A stretch of 31,919 bases of DNA from a virus (Duplodnaviria > Caudoviricetes): the IMG/VR virus record IMGVR_UViG_3300032320_001335, positions 1 to 31,919 of that record, one strand, 5' to 3'. Every line of letters begins with the position of its first letter. Position 1 is the stretch's first letter. Both the position numbers and the translations under genes were made by a program. Below are positions 7,402 to 16,487 of the stretch, piece by piece. Under the pieces are notes generated by a model. The model was not told the origin of the DNA, did no database searches, and saw only the letters and a list, made by a program, of their open reading frames with translations.

Positions 7402-7508
7402 TACCAGCAATAATCTTAGCAATTCCATTATGGATAATCGCACTCGCCCTGCGCGACCTGCACAAACAAATCAAACAAATAGAACAACAAGATGAAACAG
7501 GAAGATAA
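7398..7508 (+). CDS. 36-aa single-TM peptide (not in ORF track)
   Basis: MIPAIILAIPLWIIALALRDL... Confidence 0.6.
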   Translation: MIPAIILAIPLWIIALALRDLHKQIKQIEQQDETGR

Positions 7509-7722
7509 AAAAGAAACGGCAATGCGTAAACTGAGCAAAGCCCTACGCAAAAGATTTCAAGGTCCATCAGTAAACATATCATGGATTGAACTGGATGCCT
7601 TCATGATGAAAGCCCAAACATGGGAACTTGAAAACATATTGAATGCATACAGTGAAGGATATAGCGATAGTAAAAATGGATTACCAAATAAAGCAGAAAA
7701 TGAAAGCAACACTAACGTTTGA
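7492..7722 (+). CDS. Hypothetical protein
   Basis: 76 aa; ELENILNAYSEGY resembles the EKEQI.DAY motif. Confidence 0.7.
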   Translation: MKQEDKKETAMRKLSKALRKRFQGPSVNISWIELDAFMMKAQTWELENILNAYSEGYSDSKNGLPNKAENESNTNV

Positions 7723-7921
7723 ACTTGACAAAGACCAACACGCATTTGATTGTGTGGTAAATGGAGTAAAACTACATGATATTATTCTTGAATTACGGGA
7801 GCATATTGAATGTAGTTCTGAAATTGATTTCTATACAGATGATGTGCGCAACTACGCAAAAGATTTGTTAGAAAAAATAAAAACTGAAATAACTGATGCT
7901 GGTGTATCGCATATGTTTTAA
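7700..7921 (+). CDS. Hypothetical protein (MKATLTFEL...)
   Basis: ATG 7700 preferred over 7643; last + strand gene of the arm. Confidence 0.7.
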   Translation: MKATLTFELDKDQHAFDCVVNGVKLHDIILELREHIECSSEIDFYTDDVRNYAKDLLEKIKTEITDAGVSHMF

Positions 7922-8167
7922 CTATTGCTGCACCTTGCGATAGCCATGCTTCCAAAGAAAGCGACCTAAAGATTCACCTTCAGCATCCACCTTTTCCTCA
8001 CTCCACTCCGGCTGGATGTGATGCAGATATTCATGAATGAGCACAATGAGATAGCGCATAGGTGGCAACGTTGGATCTATCTCAATGACGTTGTCGGAAT
8101 AAAGTCCATCCGCCTTTTCCCTTCCTAACTTTCGATGGATAACTTTTGGATGTTGTTTGCGTTTCAT
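7922..8167 (-). CDS. Minimal zincin-like metallopeptidase
   Basis: HEYLH (HExxH) followed by a downstream E (WSEE). Confidence 0.65.
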   Translation of the reverse strand: MKRKQHPKVIHRKLGREKADGLYSDNVIEIDPTLPPMRYLIVLIHEYLHHIQPEWSEEKVDAEGESLGRFLWKHGYRKVQQ

Positions 8168-8177
8168 TCTATCTTTG
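8145..8177 (+). promoter_or_regulatory. Sigma-A-like promoter antisense to the late arm
   Basis: TTTG-21 nt-TATCTTTG. Confidence 0.55.
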
Positions 8178-8183
8178 CCCTGT

Positions 8184-8252
8184 TAGTGTGTAATTGCTAA
8201 TTTGTTTTTGTTATTTGATTGAACTAAGCCCCTAAAACGTTAGGGGCTTTTT
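8184..8252 (+). ncRNA. Candidate sRNA 1
   Basis: No ORF between promoter and terminator; U/G-rich core. Confidence 0.45.
8226..8252 (+). terminator. Intrinsic terminator
   Basis: AAGCCCCTAA-AACG-TTAGGGGCTT followed by T run. Confidence 0.85.
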
Positions 8253-8255
8253 CAT

Positions 8256-9284
8256 TTAACGAATCTTGCCATTAACAATGCGATAGTTACTCACTTCAAA
8301 TTCGCCTGAATCTAATACCTTGATGTGTGCAAATCCATGATGGTGCTTGTTGATGGGCATGTAGTCAGGATGCAATTCGCACAAACAGGCAACACTCCAG
8401 CACGTTGTTATCTTACCGTTGATGTTTGGCTCTGTATGTTCGCTTGCTTGGTGGTGATGTCCACACAATGCACTGTCTTTTGCGCGAAGGAACAGACCAC
8501 GTGCGATGTTAACCGGGCTGAATACCGATGCGCCCAATTCATGACCATGTAAAATCGTAAGCTTACCAGCGTGAATGATTTGTTTATCGGGTATAAAAGT
8601 GATGTTGTACTTATCCAAATGCATCAATGATTCAAAGTTGAATTCATCCATGCCCAAAAGGTCAGGAGCATTGCGCATGATGTAATGATCATAGCGCACA
8701 TCGTGATTACCACACTTGTAATATATCGCAGCATTCGGAAATAGTTTGCGCAGCGTGCCTAAAAATTGGCGAGTCATTAGCACCTCATGTCCAAAGTTTC
8801 TTTTACGTGGATCCTTCTCAAAACGACTGATAGCATAGAAGTCGATTATGTCACCATTGAGTAGAATGGTATTGACATCGTTGTCAAGCCCGTATTTAAG
8901 CGCCAGCGTTAAAGCTTGAATGTTGTGATAAGGTACGTGAATATCCGACAGCAGCAGAATATTGTTGTGGTTTATCGGTAGCTTAAATGGTTTGTAATTG
9001 ACTTCTTGTGAAGGTGGCAGGTCGAGTGGATTCGCTTCCTGCGGTATCAATTCATTCATCATATTGGTGAAATCACCTAAATGATTATCTAATTTGTTTA
9101 GCTGGCTAACAGGTGCTGGTTCCTTTGTATCAAGCTTTATTACCCATCTACGATAGGTTTTTTCTAATGAATCAGCTGTGATGTCGAGGTTATACTTCTT
9201 AATGATTGCGCGAACGCGATGGGCAATGTATCCTGTTCCATCATGTATTTCACGATGTAGCTTTTCACGATCTATGTTATTCAT
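8256..9284 (-). CDS. Calcineurin-like metallophosphoesterase with N-terminal extension
   Basis: SDIH, NGD..D, GNHD, HGH, GHHH motifs. Confidence 0.88.
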   Translation of the reverse strand: MNNIDREKLHREIHDGTGYIAHRVRAIIKKYNLDITADSLEKTYRRWVIKLDTKEPAPVSQLNKLDNHLGDFTNMMNELIPQEANPLDLPPSQEVNYKPFKLPINHNNILLLSDIHVPYHNIQALTLALKYGLDNDVNTILLNGDIIDFYAISRFEKDPRKRNFGHEVLMTRQFLGTLRKLFPNAAIYYKCGNHDVRYDHYIMRNAPDLLGMDEFNFESLMHLDKYNITFIPDKQIIHAGKLTILHGHELGASVFSPVNIARGLFLRAKDSALCGHHHQASEHTEPNINGKITTCWSVACLCELHPDYMPINKHHHGFAHIKVLDSGEFEVSNYRIVNGKIR

Positions 9285-9292
9285 GCGAGTTG

Positions 9293-9583
9293 TTATTTAG
9301 CCTTCAAATAGCCATTCAATTCAGCAAGTGATGTACTGATTTGCGCTATGTGTGATTGAATCGAATCAATCTTCCCTTCCAGCTTTGCATTTTTTGAATT
9401 CAACTCAGTCTTTTGTTCTTTGATTGCATCGTTTATCATTTCAATTTCTCTTTTGTGAAACGTTTCAATACTGGCAACATGACCAGCTAACTTGTCAACA
9501 CTGCGCTTTAGAGCGAAATATAGTGATGCAAGCGATATACTTGCGCCTATTAAAGTAATCAAATCACGTAGTTCGAATTCCAT
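9293..9583 (-). CDS. Membrane-anchored coiled-coil protein (lysis-associated?)
   Basis: N-terminal TM, heptad pattern, position in the lysis cluster. Confidence 0.55.
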   Translation of the reverse strand: MEFELRDLITLIGASISLASLYFALKRSVDKLAGHVASIETFHKREIEMINDAIKEQKTELNSKNAKLEGKIDSIQSHIAQISTSLAELNGYLKAK

Positions 9584-9585
9584 AA

Positions 9586-10026
9586 CTATAGGATTGCAAA
9601 ATATATAGTAGAAAAAGCAAGCCCTGTGATACCTAATGTGAGCGCGGTGTTCGTAATTATTAACCGTCTATTGGTTTTTTTTAGCAGCTTAATTTCCGCA
9701 TCTTTCTCCGATTGTATAGCCTTTTCAATGCTTTGCTTATTGGCGTAGATTTCCGCCAATGTTTCATAACTCGTTGCCTGAATGCCTGTAATCTTTGCGT
9801 AGTATGTAACCTTGAGCCGTTCCATTTGGTATAGACTGTCGATTTCATAAGCAGTCCTATACCAATACAGCATGCTATTGAAGTTGAGATTGAAAAGCTG
9901 CTGATCGTAGGTTGTAAGTTCGGGTGTAAAATCCTGCTTTGAGTAGGGAGTCCGATTTTTTGAGGGTTGAGCGGAACTGATTATTGGAGTTAGTAGGAGA
10001 AGCAGAAAGAATGTTATAGGTTTCAT
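9586..10026 (-). CDS. Exported protein with C-terminal TM (spanin-like candidate)
   Basis: Signal peptide MKPITFFLLLLLTPIISSA, coiled coil, C-terminal hydrophobic helix. Confidence 0.5.
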   Translation of the reverse strand: MKPITFFLLLLLTPIISSAQPSKNRTPYSKQDFTPELTTYDQQLFNLNFNSMLYWYRTAYEIDSLYQMERLKVTYYAKITGIQATSYETLAEIYANKQSIEKAIQSEKDAEIKLLKKTNRRLIITNTALTLGITGLAFSTIYFAIL

Positions 10027-10294
10027 TGCGGTATATTTCATTAGTGATTTGTTGGCGTTCTATGATTGTGTCCTGGTGAATCTGCAGGCTGTCAATTTTC
10101 AAGAATAGACTATCCGTTTTTTCGTTATTGGTTTCAATGATTTGATACAGCGAATCATTGATGTCCTGTAATCTTTTTATAGCAGGATTTGTTACGGGAT
10201 CGTTGCACGTTTTCAACCCGGTTATAATCATAACAGCTACGATTGTTGCTATTGAAAAAATTATCACAATCCTTCTTAATTCTTTTTGCCCCAT
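9875..10294 (-). CDS. N-anchored coiled-coil protein (i-spanin-like candidate)
   Basis: N-terminal TM, follows the endolysin, overlaps the next gene. Confidence 0.5.
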   Translation of the reverse strand: MGQKELRRIVIIFSIATIVAVMIITGLKTCNDPVTNPAIKRLQDINDSLYQIIETNNEKTDSLFLKIDSLQIHQDTIIERQQITNEIYRNETYNILSASPTNSNNQFRSTLKKSDSLLKAGFYTRTYNLRSAAFQSQLQ

Positions 10295-10848
10295 CGTGTA
10301 ATGTGTAAGTTTTTAGTTAGTGGGCGTATCTTCACTAATACACCATCGCCTGTTCGCGAATCAGCTGAACCTGCTTGGTTAGTGTTGCCTTCAATGGTGC
10401 GTACTGAATGTTTGCCTATGCGCTCCACGATACCGGTGTGACCGATTCCTTTGAAGCGTTTATTTTTATCGTTGTAACTTAACGTCATTACCAGCACATC
10501 GCTGCTGCTATAGCTTTGCAGAAACTTACCATTGTCATAAATCACATCTTTGCGATTGTATGCAGTAGGAGCCCATCCTGTAATGTTATTCGGTATGCCG
10601 CATTCATTGAGCATAGCCATGACAAAGAAACTACACCACGCATAACCGGGTATCCATCCTTCCTGTCGCATTAATACTTGCAACACAGGATCAGTAAAAC
10701 CTCGATTGTTGCCACCCTTCTCTTTTACACCGACAAACGATTCAGCGCAAAGCCTTACGCAGTAGCCGTCATCAGCATGCGTAAGATAAACAGGAATGCA
10801 GCAAAGTAGAATGCATATAATAGCAGGTATAAGACAACCTTTTGCCAT
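10276..10848 (-). CDS. CHAP-domain endolysin with signal-like N-terminus
   Basis: AWCSFFV, GHTGIV, TIEGNT motifs. Confidence 0.85.
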   Translation of the reverse strand: MAKGCLIPAIICILLCCIPVYLTHADDGYCVRLCAESFVGVKEKGGNNRGFTDPVLQVLMRQEGWIPGYAWCSFFVMAMLNECGIPNNITGWAPTAYNRKDVIYDNGKFLQSYSSSDVLVMTLSYNDKNKRFKGIGHTGIVERIGKHSVRTIEGNTNQAGSADSRTGDGVLVKIRPLTKNLHITRWGKKN

Positions 10849-11174
10849 GTGGTTAAATATGTGTTTAGTTCATACTTGATTTCCTTACTATACACTTCGC
10901 GTTGTAGTGCCTTAAAATTGAAACGAATTCCTAAAAAGGTAATGAAGTTAGCAAACACCATGATGAGTGAAGCCAGCACGATGTATTGCACGTATTCGGT
11001 AGATATGAGCGCATCGCCAAAGTATTCTGCACTCAATGTACCTGCAATGATGAACAGCGCAAAAGCTATCGGTATTGACCACAAGCCATCGAGCAACTGA
11101 AGGTTGTATCGAATGAACTTGTAAGTATTACTTGACTGTTCACTTTTTGGTTTTGTCTGCTTCTTTGTTGACAT
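10755..11174 (-). CDS. Three-TM membrane protein, holin candidate
   Basis: Three hydrophobic segments, directly upstream of the endolysin. Confidence 0.55.
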   Translation of the reverse strand: MSTKKQTKPKSEQSSNTYKFIRYNLQLLDGLWSIPIAFALFIIAGTLSAEYFGDALISTEYVQYIVLASLIMVFANFITFLGIRFNFKALQREVYSKEIKYELNTYLTTWQKVVLYLLLYAFYFAAFLFILRMLMTATA

Positions 11175-11259
11175 TGCTTCTTAATTTAAGTGAAAGCTCA
11201 CGCTCGTATTTGCGTAAACGTTCGGTGTATTCCTGCTTTAGTGTCTTTTTATCACTCAT
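11140..11259 (-). CDS. 39-aa basic peptide (not in ORF track)
   Basis: MSDKKTLKQEYTERLRKYEREL...; ATGA-coupled to 11256-11825. Confidence 0.55.
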   Translation of the reverse strand: MSDKKTLKQEYTERLRKYERELSLKLRSNVNKEADKTKK

Positions 11260-11825
11260 GGTATGCGATTAAGGATGTTACGTGAGTAAGTATGGCGAAA
11301 GCTGGTTGCAGTATTGCCTGTGCTGAACTGATAATTTAGCGTATTGGTTACATCTGTTCTCGGTGAACGGTCAGGCCATTGCGCTGTTGAGTATTCAGGG
11401 AACAAACTGCTATTAGCACATAAGTAATCGACTAACAAAGTGGTGTAATGCTCCGCGTTTTGACGTGCCCGGTCAATCATATCCTTCATGACCAAATCCG
11501 AAACAGGCACAGTATCTTCACTTTGACGTTGTACCAGCGTGCCGTTGTCCATGCGATAGCAGAGATTCGGAGTTACATCCACCATAACCCACCAAAGGAG
11601 CATCTTTTGAATGTAATCTTCTAAGAGTATTTGATAGTTACCTGCAATCGTATTGTTTGCCACATCATTTTTTATCTTATTGAGCAAATCAGTTCCCAAA
11701 AAGGGAAGCAGCCATTTGTCTTGCGCCAAATAGATTGATGGATATAGAAGGTTTGGATCTACACTGCCGTTGATGGTAGTGTACTTCTTCACGTAGTTTT
11801 CGGATATAAGTAATACTTCAGCCAT
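11256..11825 (-). CDS. Probable head-tail adaptor
   Basis: Downstream of the portal; helical, AQD..L.PFLG..L pattern. Confidence 0.55.
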   Translation of the reverse strand: MAEVLLISENYVKKYTTINGSVDPNLLYPSIYLAQDKWLLPFLGTDLLNKIKNDVANNTIAGNYQILLEDYIQKMLLWWVMVDVTPNLCYRMDNGTLVQRQSEDTVPVSDLVMKDMIDRARQNAEHYTTLLVDYLCANSSLFPEYSTAQWPDRSPRTDVTNTLNYQFSTGNTATSFRHTYSRNILNRIP

Positions 11826-11833
11826 AGTTTTAA

Positions 11834-13813
11834 TTATTTATTTGCAAAACGTGGATTGTCAGGAAGGAAACCTTCATAAGGCATATCGCGTGGCTCTTGT
11901 GCTACTTTCGGATTATTGCGCACTGTATACCCAGCTTTCTTTACTCGTGCATCCATTGCTTCTTTAATGTCTGGATTAGTCAAGTCCAAACCAAAACCTT
12001 TTGCACTTGCATAGGTCATTTTGCGCCACACGTGGCCACATGCTCCTCCGCCCTTCCACAACCAAATGCTATAGGTATTAGCCCCTCGTGGTCCCCATCC
12101 TTCATTAACTATTTGCTTACCCATTTGCATGATATCTTCTTTGCGATAGAGCTTATCAGCTGCAATCATTTTACGGCAAAACTCACGCGAATTCTCTTGA
12201 ATTGCTCCGCTGTATTTGTAACGTGTATAGAACTTTACATCGTCAATGGTTTCATCCTGCGCAGACTTTGCATTAGGTCGTGCAGTGCCTGTGCTTGTCT
12301 TGGCAAAGTTGTGCGCTTCTATACTTTCGTTATCTGCATCGTCTGTTTCGTAGTCAACATCGTACTCATCAATCAACACCCAATCTTCATCTTGGTCCTC
12401 ACCTAATGCAATTAATGCATCTGCTACTTTGTTATCATCAAAGTCAGCAGCATCTACTTTTTTTTTTAACTCAACACTCGATTGAATCACTTCGGTAGGT
12501 TGCAGTGAACCGGGTAAAACATCGGCAAAGATTGCATCGATAGTATTAGCTGGCAATGTTGGGAATGCAGCTTGCACGATTGCCTTTGCGCTGGTAACAG
12601 GCACAGCACCCGCAGCACTTTGCATTACGATGTCGATAAGTGAACTAATCTGTGCACCATTCAAAGCAGTAGCAGCCACATCGGTAGTAGTGCCACCTGT
12701 TACATCAACAACAGCTTCAGCCTGCTCAACTGCAAGTGGTGTATTTGGTATGATTTCAAATGTTACACCGGGCATTTGAGTGCTCAATAATTCTTCTAAG
12801 CTGTAGTTAATCTTTGCCTGATACGGCTCAATCACTTGTTTGTTGAATATCTCCAAACCGACAGCCATTTCATCTTTGTTGCTACCGAATCCTGTATTCT
12901 CACGTATACCGAAAAGCAGTGGCGTAGTCACACGATGCGCAGTAATAATCTTTTGCTGCGCTGTATCATTCATCAATGCATATTGCTTATCTGCATCGTT
13001 GACAGGGAATGGAGTGATTTCAGTTTTAGGTTGATCGCGCTCGTTGAAGAACATAACCACCTTACCAGCGTTACGTGCTCCCGACATCTTATTCTCCCAA
13101 TCCATCATCATTTGCTGCTTCTGTTCAGGTGTTGCCTGCCCGTTGTAGAAGTTAATGATAGTCGAAGGGAATAAACCGTTTGAGATTTGGTTGATATGGA
13201 ATATAGATATCTGCTTATCTAACTCAATGTAGTTAATTGCGCTCCAATAATCAGGACGTGGGTAAACATCGCTGCCAGTATAAGTGAAGCACCAATAGAT
13301 TTGACGTGGCTCTTGCTCACGTGTCAAATAATTGTACTTCGGTATGAATTCAGGTGTGTTTCTTTTCTTGCGTGTATTGCTCCAATCGTAGCTGTGAAAG
13401 ATTCCTATTTCAGTATCGTCATCTTGATTCACTGCAATGCGGCATTCTTCAAAAGGAATAGCGTTCAACTTTGATATAACCGTTCTGTCATTGCTCCAAA
13501 TCACTTCGATATAGAAACCACCAAACAACTTCAAATCGTGCGCGGCTGCATAGGTTAAAGTATCAATGTTTAGCGCATCTAATTCGGCTTGGTATTGCTC
13601 CGATTGAATGCCCTTCCCTGCTATCATGTCACCAATGGCCACAACAAGTGAACCATGCACTGGCGATTCGTGTGATAAATCACGCAGATATTGCGGGAAG
13701 TCGTTCGCATCTCCGTAGTTTACCCATCCCTTCCTGTCTACCTTTTCAGCATCGCTCTTGGCTACGTATTCACTAAGCTTCAGCGAAACTATATTTGATT
13801 CGTTATGGTTCAT
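11834..13813 (-). CDS. Portal protein with C-terminal extension
   Basis: WVNYG..N.FP, Y.RPDY..A..YIE, NG.FPS, G..NAGK, AHRVT.P.LFGI; extra C-terminal SREFC...KGG..C.H.W domain. Confidence 0.8.
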   Translation of the reverse strand: MNHNESNIVSLKLSEYVAKSDAEKVDRKGWVNYGDANDFPQYLRDLSHESPVHGSLVVAIGDMIAGKGIQSEQYQAELDALNIDTLTYAAAHDLKLFGGFYIEVIWSNDRTVISKLNAIPFEECRIAVNQDDDTEIGIFHSYDWSNTRKKRNTPEFIPKYNYLTREQEPRQIYWCFTYTGSDVYPRPDYWSAINYIELDKQISIFHINQISNGLFPSTIINFYNGQATPEQKQQMMMDWENKMSGARNAGKVVMFFNERDQPKTEITPFPVNDADKQYALMNDTAQQKIITAHRVTTPLLFGIRENTGFGSNKDEMAVGLEIFNKQVIEPYQAKINYSLEELLSTQMPGVTFEIIPNTPLAVEQAEAVVDVTGGTTTDVAATALNGAQISSLIDIVMQSAAGAVPVTSAKAIVQAAFPTLPANTIDAIFADVLPGSLQPTEVIQSSVELKKKVDAADFDDNKVADALIALGEDQDEDWVLIDEYDVDYETDDADNESIEAHNFAKTSTGTARPNAKSAQDETIDDVKFYTRYKYSGAIQENSREFCRKMIAADKLYRKEDIMQMGKQIVNEGWGPRGANTYSIWLWKGGGACGHVWRKMTYASAKGFGLDLTNPDIKEAMDARVKKAGYTVRNNPKVAQEPRDMPYEGFLPDNPRFANK

Positions 13814-14192
13814 AGATTATATCGTTTGGAATGGTATTGATTGGCACATCAAACCAACTTGTGTTGTCATTTAAAACAGCATAACCACGCTCTACAATGC
13901 CAACAACTGCGGCATTGGTAGGATTGGTATTGCTCGATGAATTTTGTCCGTACACTACATATCGGTATCTACCTGCCAAAGTTAATCCAACTGTGGTAAT
14001 AGTAAGTTGTGTAACACGCACCGTTTCATTAACAATCGTAGCTACCTGTGCAAGGTCATTCCCGGTGGTGCTGTTTTCTTCGTGTGTAAGAATGATAAGA
14101 TAGTGCGTGAATGCTGTGCTGTAATACTGTCGCGCTTCGTCAAGTGATAGGTATACCTGCTGATTGGCTGTATTTGTAGTTAGATAAATCAT
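13803..14192 (-). CDS. Probable head-completion/neck protein
   Basis: Beta-rich 129 aa with G.Y.Y.VYGQ.S..N.NP; structural context. Confidence 0.45.
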   Translation of the reverse strand: MIYLTTNTANQQVYLSLDEARQYYSTAFTHYLIILTHEENSTTGNDLAQVATIVNETVRVTQLTITTVGLTLAGRYRYVVYGQNSSSNTNPTNAAVVGIVERGYAVLNDNTSWFDVPINTIPNDIIYEP

Positions 14193-14206
14193 TTATTCTT
14201 TTATTT

Positions 14207-14237
14207 AAAAAGGGGCAAGTGTAAACCTGCCCCCTTT
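14207..14237 (-). terminator. Intrinsic terminator after major tail gene
   Basis: GGGGCA...TGCCCC hairpin with T run on the - strand. Confidence 0.7.
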
Positions 14238-14274
14238 ACAATACAACAAGACACACAGAACGGAAAACAAATTC

Positions 14275-14826
14275 TTAGTAAGCAGGGCTTACAGTAATGG
14301 TCGGAAAGTTACCAAATGGTGTTTCAGTAGCTGGATCATAAGGTTCAAGGTGAACAGCTGGAGCAAGTTCTTCAGCAATCAAAGTTACTTGGTAACCCAT
14401 CAAATCTGCCTTTTGCTGTCCTGACTGCACAGTACCAGCGGTAAGCTGCGCACCTTCGCCTGCACCAACCAAAAGGATTTGGTCATCATTCGTGCGAACG
14501 AATACAATCATTTTCGCTTTAGCAACATTCAAAAACTCGTTGCGCATATCTTGATTCAACTTACCAAAAGTCCATCCAACTTCCTGAGAAAAAAACAGTG
14601 TACCTGTTTCCAAATTCTTTTGCACCGTTTCTACGTATGAACCTGAGTTACGGAATGGAACGTAACGATAGATTGTTGCAGTAGGCAACGCATCTACTTC
14701 GCCATTAGCACCACCGTAAGTGATCCCTGTTTCGAAGTCTTCAAAGTTAGCAATCAATACTTCTTTAACACCACCGATACCTTCAAGGCATCCAAGTGTA
14801 AAGCCGGTTGTTAATTCACAAGCCAT
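14275..14826 (-). CDS. Major tail (tube) protein
   Basis: MAC.LT.G...C...GG.K N-terminus, D..GY.VT..AEE; follows the capsid gene. Confidence 0.7.
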   Translation of the reverse strand: MACELTTGFTLGCLEGIGGVKEVLIANFEDFETGITYGGANGEVDALPTATIYRYVPFRNSGSYVETVQKNLETGTLFFSQEVGWTFGKLNQDMRNEFLNVAKAKMIVFVRTNDDQILLVGAGEGAQLTAGTVQSGQQKADLMGYQVTLIAEELAPAVHLEPYDPATETPFGNFPTITVSPAY

Positions 14827-14848
14827 ATTATTATTTTTTTAGTTGGTT

Positions 14849-14872
14849 AAAAGGGGGCTGTTACACCCCCTT
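14849..14872 (-). terminator. Intrinsic terminator after capsid gene
   Basis: AAGGGGG...CCCCCTT hairpin with T run on the - strand. Confidence 0.7.
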
Positions 14873-14885
14873 GTTATTTTATTGA

Positions 14886-15782
14886 TTATGCACCCCAGTA
14901 GGTGATGTCTTCACCAACTGCAATCTGTGCACCCAAGTAAAAACGTGCACCGTAGCGTACGTTCTGTGAACCATCAAGATTCTGCATGTCCAAAATGAAC
15001 ACTTCGTTCATTTGGTTCTCCTGCCATGTACCCAACATCAAGTTGCTTGGTTGAGCGAAGATGATATTGTTAGCAGTCATACCCGGACAAACGTAGATTT
15101 CGTACATACCTACGAAACGCTTGTTTACTTCAGGACCACCTGTCAAGTACCAACCGTTACCAGCAGCAATCTGTGCTTCCATGTAAGCTTCCCATGCAGC
15201 TTGTCCCATGTACAATGCAGGCTTCTCAGCAGCACCTTTAACAGCAGCGTTAGTTGTGTTGATGATGTCCCAAATGGTAGCGATGATGTTACCAGCGTTG
15301 ATTGCACCTGAACCTGCAGATACAGCGTTCGAACCTGCAGCCTTAATCAAAGTTTCGAAACCATCGTACTGACCAGCGGTAGCTTTAACACCTGACCACA
15401 TGATTGTTTCGTTAGCAGCAGCAATACCACCAACCAAACGGCCAATGATTGCATCCTGAATTTGTGTGTTAACACGACCTGACATTACATCGGCAGTAGT
15501 CCAGTCAATGAAGAAGTCCTTCTTACAGATTTGACGCTGAACTTGGAATTCTTCCAAAGTCAAAATGCGCTCTGTCAAAGTGATAGTACCTGTTGGAGTA
15601 AAGTCACATGTTCCAGCCGCAAATGATACGGTGTCATCAATTTTACGTACTACTGATTTGTAAGGTACGTTTGGCTTCATTGTAACGTACTGTGCAGAAA
15701 CGTTAGACAACAAAGCTTTTGCTACGATTTCACCAGCTAATTCACCTGCATAGGTGGTGGTGAGTGAAGTTGTTGTTGGCAT
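14886..15782 (-). CDS. Major capsid protein
   Basis: TTYAGE.AG, CDFTPTGT.TLTER.L, IW.G...G..DGF, LDGSQNVR; follows the scaffold. Confidence 0.8.
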   Translation of the reverse strand: MPTTTSLTTTYAGELAGEIVAKALLSNVSAQYVTMKPNVPYKSVVRKIDDTVSFAAGTCDFTPTGTITLTERILTLEEFQVQRQICKKDFFIDWTTADVMSGRVNTQIQDAIIGRLVGGIAAANETIMWSGVKATAGQYDGFETLIKAAGSNAVSAGSGAINAGNIIATIWDIINTTNAAVKGAAEKPALYMGQAAWEAYMEAQIAAGNGWYLTGGPEVNKRFVGMYEIYVCPGMTANNIIFAQPSNLMLGTWQENQMNEVFILDMQNLDGSQNVRYGARFYLGAQIAVGEDITYWGA

Positions 15783-15807
15783 TTTGAATTAAAATTTATG
15801 AGGTGAA

Positions 15808-16398
15808 TTAATTTACTTGTTTAGAACGAATGCTTTCCATGAAATCGCTGAATGATGAACCATTCGAAGCAACAACCGGTGCAGCATTCTTTTTGAATTC
15901 TTGTGATTTAACTGAAGGAACAGCAGGTGCTTTCTTAACTGAAGCAAGCTCAGCCTTAACTGTTGCCACTTCATTCTTTGCAGATTCTACAGCAGCAGAT
16001 AGTTCAGTCTTTTCAGTTTCCAAAGCTGCGATACGCTCCGACAATGAACCGATTACAGCTACGAGATCTTCGCTGCTCATTTCAGTAGATTGTTCTTCAC
16101 GCTCGATTTCGGCAACCATTCCATCTTCGCCTACTACCACTTTGGTAACACCATCTTCTAATAGGTATTCGCCTGCAGGCACAGGTACTGGATTGCCTTC
16201 AGCATCCATTGTGTAGATATCCACACCAACTACCCATTCGTTGGCAGTTGAGTAAATTTTAGTACCATCATTCAAAGTGCCTTCAACAGCAAACTTTATT
16301 TCTGTTGCAGCTTCTTCTTCGAATTTGATACCAACGCTTGACGGCTCAATGCCGTACTTTGCAAATACGGATTTGATTTGTTCTTTAATGTTTGACAT
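15808..16398 (-). CDS. Scaffold-like protein
   Basis: Acidic, P.P.GEY.LEDG motif plus coiled coil; immediately upstream of the capsid gene. Confidence 0.65.
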   Translation of the reverse strand: MSNIKEQIKSVFAKYGIEPSSVGIKFEEEAATEIKFAVEGTLNDGTKIYSTANEWVVGVDIYTMDAEGNPVPVPAGEYLLEDGVTKVVVGEDGMVAEIEREEQSTEMSSEDLVAVIGSLSERIAALETEKTELSAAVESAKNEVATVKAELASVKKAPAVPSVKSQEFKKNAAPVVASNGSSFSDFMESIRSKQVN

Positions 16399-16411
16399 CG
16401 TTATAATTTAG

Positions 16412-16441
16412 GTATAGTAGCAAAAACAGCATTTTGTTACA
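16412..16441 (-). promoter_or_regulatory. Candidate late promoter, copy 1
   Basis: TGTAACAAAA-N11-CTACTATAC; matches 28115-28145. Confidence 0.6.
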
Positions 16442-16487
16442 TGCAACCCGATGTCTTATCTTAGCAGTATAAATAAATACTCATATT

